Below, in pieces: positions 13,294 through 25,504 of a stretch of 64,000 nucleotides of DNA. Position numbers and translations under genes: made by a program. The stretch is taken from the NCBI RefSeq assembly GCF_036365525.1, contig NC_090378.1, positions 111,404,351 to 111,468,350 of the forward strand, given 5' to 3'. The notes beneath the pieces were generated by a model. That model was not told where the DNA came from. It worked only from the letters and a program-made list of their open reading frames with translations, and searched no databases. This DNA is from Heterodontus francisci. Its lineage: Eukaryota. The stretch's first letter is position 1. Each line of letters begins with the position of its first letter.

Positions 13294-14050
13294 GGGGGTG
13301 GGTATTTTGTGCTCTCCCCACGGCGGGTTTGGAGGTGGGAAGAGCATATAATCAGGCGGGATGGCTGCAGTGGGTTCTCCGACACCTTCCCGCCTCTACT
13401 GAAATTAAACCTGGGGCGGGAAGGCCTGTGAATGGCCTTCCCGCCCTGCCGCCAATTGAGGCCCTTAAGTTGGCAATTAATGCCCAATTAAGGGCCTCAT
13501 CCCGCCACTGCCGCAATCAGCTCAGCGGTGGGCGGGCCTGTCGCCACATGGGAAACACGGCAAAAAAAAGTATGGGTTACTTCCCGGCTCCCGTGGTGGT
13601 GGAGCGGTGGGTAGGGATCCCTCATTAAAAGGCACAGCGCCTGAATGAGGGACCCGACATCAGAAAGGGGGGGGGGGCCCGCTGAGAGCCACCCCACACT
13701 CTGCCCTTGCTGCTAATCCCTACAAACCCTTCCCTGCGACCCCCACTCCACAGGACCTCTCCTGCCATGACCTACCTATGGCCTGGGTCCAGCGCTCCTC
13801 TTCCTCAGGTGAGTGCCGTGTTGGCACTGCTCAGTTAAAGAGGTGCCGGCCTCTGATTGGACGGAAGCTCTTCGAGGGCGGGGCATCCACCGCCGGGGTC
13901 CTTGATCCCGTGGAAGGCCCGTCTCTGCCCAGTTATGTGTCTAATTGGCACTTGATTTGGCAGGCCTCACACAGAAGGGGCGACCTGGGGTTCTCGGCAG
14001 CGTTTTGGCTGGAAGTGGAGACTCCCGTCGCCCGGATGAAACTCCGGCCC
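13294..14050. mobile_element. GC-rich non-coding MITE-like element (~750 bp)
   Basis: Ends GGGGTGGGTATTTT...GAAACTCCGGCCC, with an internal perfect 12-bp inverted repeat TGAGGCCCTTAA...TTAAGGGCCTCA (13457-13499). Related segments occur at 20306, 32620 and 49460. It interrupts a CR1 tail. Confidence 0.6.
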
Positions 14051-15056
14051 TGCACTCCCTACTGTTTCTATTTAAAGTGACGAAGTGTTGGATTCCTTGA
14101 GGTAACAAACCCATTCTGTGATACAACAAATATACTCATCCATGTATGGTGCTCTCCTGGGGTGTTACCAACAATCACTCTGATTGGTGTACAGCCCATT
14201 CCTGTGTGTGGGCAATAAAACCTTTATCAGACGATCTAGTCAATCTTCAGACCACCGACAATTTATTGGACAGCTTGGGGCAAGTTCATAATCAATAAGA
14301 TTCGTCTCCTTTTCAAATTCGCTTGCACCTCCAAATTGGACATTGAGACTGAAGGAAGACAGCAACAACATGGGGAAGTGTTTTTAAGAAAAATAATAAT
14401 CAATTAGAAAAACAATTCAAGCTGATACAACGGTGAGGACAAGGAAGAGAAACAATCTGAGAAAGGGATGAGAGAGAGAGTACAGGTCATTTACAGTTCA
14501 TATTTAAATAAAGGTTGGGTTGCTACATTAAAACATTTCCATGTGGTTATTACTGTAATATTAGTGTTTGTTTCAGTGTCCCAGTGTGGCAACTGAAAAC
14601 ATATAAAACTAGCAGACCCCTGAGAGAGCAGAGTTTCTCTGATCTGGCTAGCAATAGTCAAAGTTAACACCTATAAGTGTGTAACTAGTCCTAAATCCCC
14701 ACCCATAGAAACTGTGCTTGGGGTGAGGAGAAGATTGGATTTACTGGGACGCCTTGTGCAGTCGAATAGGCTGCAGATACTCTCAAGGTTCGGACATGAA
14801 TACTGGCCATTTGGCTGGTGCAAGTTGGGCCTTTTCAAGGGGCCAATGCCTGCAGGAGGGAAAGCTGACAAAGGTGGAAAGAAAATAAAAGGAGATGGAG
14901 TGTGTTTCAGAACAATATATGTTCCTAAAGCTCCATACTTGATCAGAGCTTTGTTTGGAACATACTCCAGCTCATATCTGCTAAGAACTAGTCCACTTAT
15001 TATATTTTGGGACTTTTTTGCCTATTGCAATTGTCAGGCATCAGCTGGCCTACAGT

Positions 15057-15197
15057 AAAATAAAAGCAATATACTGCGGATGCTGGAAATCTGGAATAAA
15101 AACATAAAGTGCAGGAAATACCCAGCAGGTCTAGCAGCATCTATGGAGAGAGAAACAGAGTTAATGTCTAAGGTCGATGACCTGTCATCAGAACTGC
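15057..15197 (-). mobile_element. Penelope-like terminal repeat fragment with degenerate hammerhead motif
   Basis: Similar to 34178-34310. The minus strand reads CAGTT-CTGATGA-caggtc-atc-gacctt-AGAC-att-AACT. Confidence 0.55.
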
Positions 15198-15209
15198 TGG
15201 CCTACAGAA

Positions 15210-16450
15210 CATTGAATCATTGGATAGTACAGCACAGAAGGAGGCCATTTGGCCCATCGTGCCAGTGCCAGCATTTTGAAAGAGTTAATCAATTACTTCC
15301 ACTCCCCTGCTCTTCTCTCATAGCTCTGCAATTTTTTCCTTTTCAAGTATGTATCCAATTTTTTTTTAAAGTCACTACTGAATCTGCTTCCACTACCCTT
15401 TCAGGGAGTACATTCCAGATCACAACAACTCGCTGCATTAGAAAAAAAATTCTCTCATCTCCACTCTGGATCTGTTGCCAATTGTCGTAAATCTACGTCC
15501 TCTGATTATTGACCCTCCTGCCAGTGGAAACGGTTTCTCCCCAGCTACTCAAACCAAAACCCCACATAATTTTGAACACCTCGAGGAAATAGAACCATAG
15601 AAAAATTACAGCACAGAAGGAGGCCATTCAGCCCATTGTGTCCGTGCCAGCTGAAAAACTAGCCACCCAATCTAATTCCACCTTCCAGCACCTGGTCCGT
15701 AGCCTTGCTGGTTACAGCACTTCAGGCACAAGTCCAGGTACCTTTTAAAAGAATCGAGGGTTTCTGCCTCCCCACCATTCCTGGCAGTGAATTCCAGACA
15801 CCCACCACCCTCTGGGTGAAAAAGCTTTTCCTCATGTCCCCTCTAATCCTTCTACCTTAAATCACCTTAAATCTGTGCCCCCTGGTAATTGACCTCTCTG
15901 CTAGGGGAAACAGGTCCTTCCTGTCTACTCTATCTAGGCCCCTCTTAATTTTGTACAGCTCAATCAAGTCACCCCTCAGCCTCCTCTAAGGAAAACAACA
16001 CTAGCCTATTCAATCTTTCCTCATGGCTGAAACTTTGAAGCCCTGGCAACATTCTTGTAAATCACCTCTGTAATCTCTCCAGAGCAATTATGTCCTTTCT
16101 GTAATGCGGTGACCAGAACAGTACACAATAATCCAGCTGTGGCCTAACCAGCATTTTATACAGTTCCAGCATTACATCCCTGCTTGTGTATTCTATACCT
16201 CGGCCAGTAAAGGAAAGCATTCCATATGCCTTCTTCACCACTCTACCTGTCCTGTCACCTTCAGGGACCTGTGGACATGCACTCCCTTTCATCTACCCTG
16301 CTCCAAGGAGAAGAACCCAAGCTCCTCGAATCTTTCCACATCGCTGAAGTTCCTCACACCTGGTATAATTGTACGAAATCTCTTCTGCACCCTCACCAAG
16401 GTCTTGGCATCTTTGTTATAATCTGATGCCCAGATTTGACTATAATGACC
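15210..16450 (-). mobile_element. Cluster of 2-3 nested CR1 3' fragments
   Basis: VVKKAYGMLSF..LVRPQLDYCVLFWSPHYRKD..LERLQR remnant, with separate tails near 15215 and 15590. Confidence 0.8.
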
Positions 16451-17044
16451 CTGATATTTTCTCCAGGCTGGAAAGAGAGCAGGAGAGTGAGGGGAGGGGG
16501 GAGTGCGAGGAGGGATATTTTTGGATGGGAAAACATTAAGAAATTAACTGCAGGGTTTTGAATGTTATAAAAAGGTTTCCCACTCTATAAGCAGCCAGAT
16601 TGACATGCTAATTGTCTGGGCTGCTAGCTGAGGAGCTGATGTCAGGTGAGTCTGACACAGATGGGGGATTGGGCGTTGTGGGGGGGGGGCAGGGGTGGGT
16701 GACAGAGTCTGACAACAAAGCGGGGAAAGTGGGACTACACGGTTTGGGTTCGGGTCAGTCAATAATGGATCTGATCGTCAGCAGGCAGCATATCGGGACT
16801 GGAGGGAAACACCCCCGCTCCTTTTGGCCACAACCAGTGCAACAAAGGCATTCATGGGTTCTCACCTCCTTTTACCTGCCAGGTTTACCAACACCCAGGA
16901 ATCATGGTTACCACAAGTTAAAAATAAAAATGCTGTCAAAATGGAAAACGCTGCCTTCATTAAAGATTTCAGTGATCGATTCGCTCCAAGAGTAGATTGG
17001 ACACACTCCCATCACCTGACAGCAAATTATTGCCAGCCTTGCCC

Positions 17045-17620
17045 TGTCTCCTGAGAGTGGATTGGTCGCCCACTCCCATGACCCGTCTCCTGAGAATGGA
17101 TTGGTCGCCCACTCCATGACCTGCTTTTTGATAGTTGATTGGTCGCCCACTCCCACGAGCTGTCTCCTGACAGCGGATTGGTCGCCCACGGCCCAGGACC
17201 TGTTTCCTGAGAGTTGATTGGTCGCCCATTCCCATGAGCTGTCTCCTGAGAGCAGATTGGTCGCCCACGGCCCAGGACCTGTTTCCTGAGAGTTGATTGG
17301 TCGCCCATTCCCATGAGCTGTCTCCTGAGAGCAGATTGGTCGCCCACGGCCCAGGACCTGTTTCCTGAGAGTTGATTGGTCGCCCACACCCATGACCTGT
17401 TTCCTGAGAGTTGATTGGTTGCCCGCTGCCATGACCCATCTCCTGAGAATGGATTGGTCGCCCCTGCCTCCCCCCACAACCCACCTCCTGACAGCGAATT
17501 TGTCACCCACTTCCTTGACTGTCTGCTGAAAGTGGATTGATCGCTCCTGCTCCAACCCCACAACTCCATCCCCATCCCACCAGCAACCCTCTCCTGAGAG
17601 CGGATTGGTCATCCACTCCC
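17045..17620. repeat. Minisatellite of ~39-40 bp units (~14 copies, 79-bp dimer in the centre)
   Basis: Alternating units TGTCTCCTGAGAGCAGATTGGTCGCCCACGGCCCAGGACC and TGTTTCCTGAGAGTTGATTGGTCGCCCATTCCCATGAGC. Confidence 0.92.
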
Positions 17621-18169
17621 CATCTCTGCCCCGATTCCGTTAAAACTGGAAGTAGGCGAGTTGGAATCGAGATTGAAATTATAAACATTTTCACCTTCCC
17701 ACGCACCTCCAACCACTGTCCTTACAGGTTAAAATTTCCCCCAATACTCCAACTGAGGCCTAACCAGTGATGTATTATGGTTTAGCATAACTTCCTTGCT
17801 GTTGTACTCTATGCTGCTGTTTATAAAACCCATATGCCTTTTCAACAGCTTTATCAACTTTTCCTGCCACCTTTAAAGATTTATATAGGTAAACCCCAAG
17901 TCTCTCTGTTCCTGCAGCCCCTTTAAAATTGTACCATTTCATTTATATTGCCTCTCCTCATTCTTCCATCCAAAATGCATTAGTTCACACTTCTAATTAC
18001 ACATCAGTTTGTAATGACTTGGGTAATATATTATTGTATGATCAAGAAATCTTTAGAAGGTCAGTATACATTATCCAGCATTATCCAGGCACTCTCCCCA
18101 CTTTCCACTAACCTCCCCCACCCCCTACCACCATCCCTGCACCATCTCACTCCCTGTCACAATAAGAGG

Positions 18170-18400
18170 AGTAAGTCCTCGCAGTGTTCTGGTCAATATT
18201 CGTGCCTCAGTTAACGCCATCAAAAACAGATTAACAACTCATTTGGCTCATAGCTGTTTGTGGGATTTTGCTGTGTACAAAATGGCTGCCCCATCTGCGA
18301 CATGACAAGCCACTGCCCTACAGAGTTATGCACTGGACACAAAGCACTTTGAGGCAGTTCTGTGCAGCATGATAAGGCACTGTGCAGATACAAGTCTGTT
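18170..18400 (+). mobile_element. DeuSINE (SacSINE1/AmnSINE1-like) 3' part
   Basis: gtgttctggtcaatatt..aaaacagatt..gctgtttgtggga..ttgctgtg..aaatggctgcc. Confidence 0.55.
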
Positions 18401-19124
18401 TGCTTTTTAATTGCATTCATCAAAAAGCAAGTGCTTGGCAAATCTCTTCTCATCTACTCACAGATGCATGACACATTGAGGTGAATCTCATTGAAATGCA
18501 CCATTCTGTCATTCGTGTGTGTGTTGTCACTGGGATGGAAGCAGAGTGCTGTCTTGCTTCAAACTGTAAAATTCCCATTATACTTTTCTCATAAGAAATT
18601 TTAAATAGGACAATGTAGATCATGAATTTAAAATGAAACTCTATTAGCTGCACATTGAAAAGAATTCTTCTGTTTCAGTGTCTGGATGAAAGCAATATGC
18701 AAATACTGTGCAGGAATATAATATAGATATATATATTATACACATGCATATATACAAATGTAATATATACATACACACAGCTATATTATATAATGTATAT
18801 AAATTCAAGTGCCTTAGAATGCTTTTCTATGTTAAAGGCTATATAAATGCAAGTTGTTGTGTATATGAGTGTATGTATCTATACTGTGAGGAGGGCTATT
18901 TAGCCCAGCCATTCTTTGAAGGAAACTATTGCATGTTGACTGCACCAGAACTTTGATCTTGCCTTTGAAATGTAGATGCTGAAAAAGATTGCAGACACAT
19001 AATGGTCACCATCAAACAATATGATTATTATCATTGTTGGCTGTAAAACGCTTTGGGACATCCCAAGGTGGTGAAAGGTGCTATGTCAACAAACATTCTT
19101 TCTTAAATTTTATTTGATATGCAG

Positions 19125-19400
19125 ACCAGGTGCATTGTCAGGGGTGCCATCTTTCGGATGAGATGTTAAACTGAAGCCCTGTCTGTCTTCTCAGGTATAA
19201 AAGATTCCACAGCACTTCTTTGAAGATCAGCAGGGTCATTCTGGGCAACATTTATCCCTTAATCACTAAAATAGATGATCTGTGCTCAGATTGGCCCCCG
19301 TGTTTCTTACATTGTAACAGCAAACAAACTTTAAAAGCTCGTCATTGGCTGTAAAGTTCTTTGGGGTTTCCTGAGGTCATGAAAGTCTTTCGTTCTTTAA
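19125..19400 (+). mobile_element. DeuSINE (SacSINE1/AmnSINE1-like)
   Basis: Deu core GGTGCCATCTTTCGGATGAGATGTTAAACTGAAGCCCTGTCTG..CTCAGGT..AAAAGATTCCA. Confidence 0.7.
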
Positions 19401-19499
19401 AGCAATAAAACTTGTCTCATTGTCAAAAGTTGGCAGCTCACTCTCTTTATACCTCAAAACGAAAAGTGACTGAAAGCATGTTTACATGCCCAGCCACAT

Positions 19500-19890
19500 A
19501 CTCCTTGACCACTGTCTGAGGCTGATATCATTCTTATGTTCCAATCCCTCCATGGCTTTGTCTTTCCCTGTCTTTGTAACCTCCTCCAGCCCTACAGCCC
19601 TCTTAAACACTTTGCATTCCTCCAACTCTGGCCTCTTGAGCATCCCTGATTTCCTTTGCCTCACCATTGGTGGCCATGTCTTCAGCTGTCTCGACCCTGA
19701 GCTCCGGAACTCCCTCCTCAAATCTCCCTGCCTCGCTCTCCTCCTTTAAGACCCTCATTAAAACCTAGCTCTTCGACCAAGTTTTCGGTCAGCTTCCTTT
19801 GGCTTAGTGACAAAACTTGTCTGGTTATGCTCCTGTGAAGCACCTTGGGATGATTTACTGCCTTAAAGAAGCTATATAAATGCAGGTTGG
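19500..19890 (+). mobile_element. L2-type LINE 3' fragment
   Basis: aatccctccatggc..ctctggcctcttgagcatccc..ttcagctg..ggaactccctcc..aaaaccta.ctcttcgaccaag, ending gctatataaatgca. Confidence 0.7.
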
Positions 19891-20305
19891 TGTTGGTGCT
19901 GTATTGTCTATGACATTGGATTACTGAAGAAATGGCTTTAGCTTCTTCATAAATTTTATAAGAAAGTCTTGCATTTATTTAGTGCCTTTCATGGCCTCAG
20001 TGTGTACCAAAGTCTGAAGCATTTGTGGAGAGTAGTACTGAACCAATATGAAACGAATTAGTCACTGGAGTGTACCCAGGCCCTAAGTCCTGCCACTCTT
20101 TTTTTGCTGTAAATCACAGTTGGTGATAATGGTGAACAAAAATCGTCATGGGTTGGCAGGACATTTTAATGGCAGCCACTTATTTTAAGAGTTTAAAAGA
20201 GTCATTATCCCTATTAAGTTAATGGGCCGAGGGAAGCCATGCGAGCTCATTGAAGGTGCTGAACTTAAACTGAACGCCTCTCCCCTCCCCACCAGAAATA
20301 AACAA

Positions 20306-21027
20306 GGGGCTGAATTTTATGGGCCCCCCCCCCCCGAGACGGGTTCGGAGGTGGGGGCCCATAGAATTGTGGCAGGAGGGGGCGGCGGGCACGTCACCTC
20401 CCCATTGTAATGCACTTTTATTGGGGGTGGGATAGACTGAAGACAGCCTTTCTGCCCAGAGGCCACTTGAAGCCCTTAAGTGGCCTATTACTGGCCACCT
20501 AAGGGCCTCTTCCTGTTGCCGCTAGGATCTAACCAACAGCAGGAGGGGGCCTCCGCCACACTGGGAGGTTGCTCAGTAAATTGCGGCGACCTCCCTGCAG
20601 GTTTGAGGGGGGCTGTCCTCTGCTGGGAAAACCTGCACCTCCATGAACTCCCTTCCCATTGTATTAAACGCCCACCCTCCACCTCTCGCCAGGGCCTGCT
20701 GGTCTGGCCCCAGCGACCCTGCCTCACTTACTTTGGGTTCGGGCTCCAGTGCTGGGCCTGGATCCAAGACCTCTTGCAGTCCCGGCAGTGGCTACCGCTC
20801 CCATTGGCACTGCCGATACTACTGAGCTGCCGGCTCTCTGATTGGTCAACAGCTCTTGGAGGCGGGATCCCTGTCTTTGAAGGGACAATGATCCCGGCGC
20901 CGGGCACTTAAACGCCTGAGTGCAGGTAGATTGCACCGCGGGGGGTGGGGGGGGAGTGATTCTGAAAGGACAAGGCAGGGTTCCCGTTGCCTTTTCGGCC
21001 CAGCACCAGCACAACAAAATCCAACTC
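20306..21027. mobile_element. GC-rich non-coding MITE-like element (~720 bp)
   Basis: Starts GGGGCTGAATTTT and ends AAAATCCAACTC (imperfect TIR). Has an internal GCCCTTAAGTGGCC..GGCCACCTAAGGGC palindrome and a CTCTGATTGG motif shared with 13294-14050. Confidence 0.6.
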
Positions 21028-21029
21028 AA

Positions 21030-21550
21030 GGAATATACAAATTAAAAAAGATATAGAGGCACTGGAGAAAGTGCAAAACAGATTTACAAGGATGATACCA
21101 CAACTGGGAGGTTATAAATATCAGGAAAGACTTAAAAGGCTGGGTCTTCTTTTTGTAGAATAAGGATGGCGAAGGAGTGAGCTGATGGAAGACTTTAAAA
21201 TCATGAAAGGATTTGATTGGATAGATGTGGAGAAAATGTTTCCACTTGTGGGCGGGGGGACCAAAACTAGAGATCATAAATATAAGATAGTTATTCATCA
21301 ATTCTATTGGGAATTCAAGAAAAATGTCTTTAGTGGCTAGAATGTGGAACTTGGTACTATATGGAGTGGGTGCGGAAAATCACACAGACGCATTTAAGGG
21401 GAATCTGGATAAGTAGATAAGGGAGAAAGGAATAGGAAGTTATGTTGATATGGTTAGATGAAGTAAGGTGGGAGGAAGCTTGGATGGAGCATTAATGCCA
21501 GTACAAACCAGCTGGCCCGAATGGTCTGTTTCTGTGCTGTAAATTCTATG
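21030..21550 (+). mobile_element. CR1 3' fragment
   Basis: DIEALEKVQNRFTRMIP-like remnant with an attctatg tail. Confidence 0.75.
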
Positions 21551-23319
21551 TAAAAACAAAAATAAGACCTGAAGGGAAGGGTAGATTAGCAGAAGTACCA
21601 TTTTATGAGCCAACATCAGGTAACTTACAGCATGGGCAGTGACTGTCTCCTGCAGTCCGCATTGGATGTTAGTTAGGATATGCACTGTATCTTGTGACTC
21701 AAAAAAAAACTCAGAAAAAGGGAGAAATGGCGAACCAATAATGGGACTTAAATGCAACATGGGCCATGAAATTCCACGCCACCCAACGCTAACAGAAATT
21801 GAGCACCCTGGCAGTGCATGCCAGGCGGTAACCAGCAGCACCCCCCTCCTTCCATCCCTCCACCTGCCTGGCCAGGCCGACATGCACACTATGGAAGTAC
21901 CTGACCCCTTCCCCAGTGCATAATTGTCTTTAGATGATGTATCCAATAAACAGTGGCCCATGTGTTGGGCACAGAATTAAAGAGATGATTATTAACAAAT
22001 ATAACGAGGAGTGCTTTAAGCCCAAAACAACCACAGATTGTGATGACTGTCTAAGTATCCAACACAGACTGTATGAAACTTAGGTAAAGATGTTTGAGGA
22101 ACCGTGTATGAGAAAAGAAGCCAGGCAAGACAACACCCTCAATGAGCTAAATGACAAGAGGCTTTCTTCCTAGTAAGTATCTATGTGAGCCCCTGTGGTG
22201 ATTGTAATGATGTGCACAAGAGCAGAAAGAAAGCTACTTGGTATAAATAGAAGACAGAAATGGAGCTGGAGATTGACTGCAGTGGATTCATGCCACGGTG
22301 ACAGGCTACACAGCAAGTGCGAAAACCTAAAACCTAATTGTCAATGAGCAGAGGAGATTTGAAAGACAGGTGAGAAAAACAGAAAGCAATGCATGACTTA
22401 AAATGAACGCAATTAAGTCAGCTGCCCTTCCACCTGGGGGAGAGGGGGGGCAGGGTGCTAAGACCATGTGCACTTTGAAACACTCAGGCAGATCAGTCAC
22501 TCACTGAGGGAGGTGTGTTGAAGTGAGCGGTTGACAGGGTGTGAACCGGAATGGAAGCCCATTCACAGTTAGCCGTCAAATTGCACCCTGAGAAAGCTTC
22601 CCACCAGTTCCTGAGATAGTGGCCAAGTGAAAGCGATCAAAACACACCCCCAGACATGGGACACACACAGCATTCGTGTGACAACCTAATGTGCAGAGGT
22701 GTGTGTGTAAGCTGCACCACCCCATCATTGAGCTGGAGGTCAGAACAGTGGGAGTCAAGGAGGACTCCAATTCACACAAATACTCAATTCTGTCATAATA
22801 CACTCTCACACTTCCTGCCCATCTTATCAAGCAGATGCCAGGTTGGATCTGAGAAGGCAAATTTCTAATCACTTTCTGACAATGGATTTCGCCCAGATGG
22901 CACTTGCTCAATCTGTATTGGTCCAAGTCAGGTCACTTCAGAGTTGGCTTTGCTGTTGGTGCCACTTCGGTCATAAACTGGAGGTGGACATACACTGAAA
23001 ATTTCCCATTAAAGGCCAGCTGTAAAAGAGATTCCCTTTGCATTCAACTCTGTACTAGTATCTGCACCAGATCTGTTTCACATTCCAACATTCCATGTTC
23101 CTTCAAGTAGCACAATATCCTTGAGACTCCTAGCCACACTTCAAGGTGGGGTTCAGTAGGTTTCACTGAGTGTGTTAGTCATCCAAGCCAGGAATGTTTT
23201 CATATCCTTGTAATTTTAGACTTTCACTTTCTCCTTGGTCTGCCTCCTTGTCTTGGCTCAAAGTCCTTTCTATAATGTGCACTGAAGAAACAGCTACTGC
23301 CCAATGATGGAGTTACCCC

Positions 23320-25470
23320 ATACGAACATACGAACATTCAAATTAGGAGCCACTCGACGCCTCGAGGCCTGCTCCGTCATTCAGTAAGTTCATGGCTGAA
23401 CTGATTATTCCAAATTTCCACCTCCCCCTGATAACCTTCTACCCCCTTGCTTATCAAGAATCTATCTACCTCTGCCTTAAAAATATTCAAAGACTCTGCT
23501 TCCACCGCCTTTTGAGGAAGAGAATTCCAAAGATTCACGACTCTGAGAGAAAATATTTCTCCTCATCTCTGTCTTAAATGGGTGACCCCTTATTTGTAAA
23601 CAGTGACCCCTAGTTCTAGATTCTCCCACAAGGGGAAACATCCTTTCCACATCCACCCTGTCAAGACCCCTCACGATCTTATATGTTTCAATCAAGTTGC
23701 CTCTTACTTTTCTAAATTCCAGCAGATACAAGCCTAGCCTGTCCAATCTTTCCTCGCAAGACAGCCCGCCCATTCCAGGTATTAGTCTAATATACCTTCT
23801 CTGAACTGCCTCCAAAAGCATTTACATCCTTCCTTAAATAAAGATATCAGTACTGTACCCAGTACTCCAGATGTGGTCTCACCAATGCCCTGTATAGCTG
23901 AAGCATAACCTCCCTACTTTTGTATTCAATTTGCCTTACGATAAACAATAACATTCTATTAGCTTTCCTAATTACGTGCTGTACCTGCATAATGATCTTT
24001 TGCGAATCATGCACTAGGACACCCAGATCCCTCTGAATCTCAGAGCTCTGCAATCTCTCACCATTTATAAAATATGCTTCTTTTTTATTCTTCCTGCCAA
24101 AGTGGACAATTTCCCACTTTCCCATATTATACTCCATTTGCCAGGTCTTTGCCCACTCATTTAACTGATCTATATCCTTTTGTAGCCTCCTTGTCCTCGT
24201 CACAAGTTACTTTCCTACCTATCTTTGTGTCATTAGCAAATTTAGCAACCATATCTTCGGTCCCTTCATCTAAGACATTTATTTATTTATTTAGAGATAC
24301 AGCACTGAAACAGGCCCTTCGGCCCACCGAGTCTGTGCCGCCCAACAACCACCCATTTATACTAATCCTACATTAATCCCATATTCTCTACCACATCCCC
24401 ACCATTCTCCTACCACCTACCTACACTAGGGGCAATTTACAATGGCCAATTTACCTATCAACCTGCAAGTCTTTTGAAGGTGGGAGGAAACCGGAGCACC
24501 CGGCGGAAACCCATGCAGACACAGGGAGAACTTACAAACTCCGCACAGGCAGTACCCAGAACTGAACCCGGGTTGCTGGAGCTGTGAGGCTGCGGTGCTA
24601 ACCACTGCATCACTGTGCCGCCCATTTAGATAAATTGTAAAAAGTTGAGGCCCCAGCACAGATCCCTGTGGCACACCACTCGTTACATCTTGCCAATCAG
24701 AAAATGACCCATTTATGCCTACTCTCTGTTTCACATTAGCTAACCAATCTTCTATCCATGCCAATATGTTACCCCCTACAGCATGAACTTTTATTTTCTG
24801 CAATAACCTTTGATGTGGCACCTTATCAAATGCCTTCTGGATATCTAAGTACAATACATCCACCGGTTTCCTTTTATCCACAGCACATGTAACTCCCTCA
24901 AAGAACTCCAATAAATTGGTCAAACATGACTTCCCTTTCACAAAACCATGTTGACTCTGCCTGATTACCTTGAACTTTTTCTAAATTCCCTGCTATAACG
25001 TCTTTCATAATAGCTTCTAACATTTTCCCTAAGACAGATGTTAAGCTAACTGGCCTGTAGTTTCCAGCTTTCTGTCTTCCTCCCTTTTTGAATAAAGGAA
25101 TTACATTCGCTATTTTCCAATCTAACAGAACCTTCCCAAATCTAGGGAATTTTGGAAAATTAAAACTAAAGCAACAACTATCTCACGAGCCACTTCATTT
25201 AACAGCCTATGATGAAGTCCATCAGGACCCGGGGATTTGTCAGCCCGCAGCTCCAATTTGTTCAGTACCACTTCCCTGGTGATTGTAATTTTCTTGAGTA
25301 CCTTCCTCCCTTCCATTTCCTGATTTACAGCTAATATTAGGAGGTTACTTGTATCCTCAATAATGAAGATCAATGCAAAATATCTGTTCAGTTCATTTGC
25401 CATCTCCTTATTATCCATTATTAATTCTCCAGACTCACTTTTTATCGGACCAACAATCACCTTGTTAATT
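23320..25470 (-). mobile_element. CR1 LINE 3' half (RT), interrupted by a V-SINE
   Basis: DKSPGPDG, KSCLTNLLEFFE, KAFDKVPH, GVPQGSVLGPQLF and LVRPHLEY remnants, with a catacgaa tandem tail at 23319-23340. Confidence 0.92.
24282..24622 (-). mobile_element. HE1-type tRNA-derived V-SINE with probable 6-bp TSD
   Basis: Same structure as the other two copies, with a (TAAA)n tail. CATTTA occurs at 24276-24281 and 24623-24628. Confidence 0.9.
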
Positions 25471-25504
25471 TTTTAATTTTTTAATGTGTAATTACTTCAA
25501 GCAG

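Noticed and set aside
17045-17620. CRISPR-like array, or 171-234 aa ORFs
   Set aside because: The units are contiguous tandem repeats without unique spacers, there are no cas genes, and the context is vertebrate. The ORFs are repeat translations.
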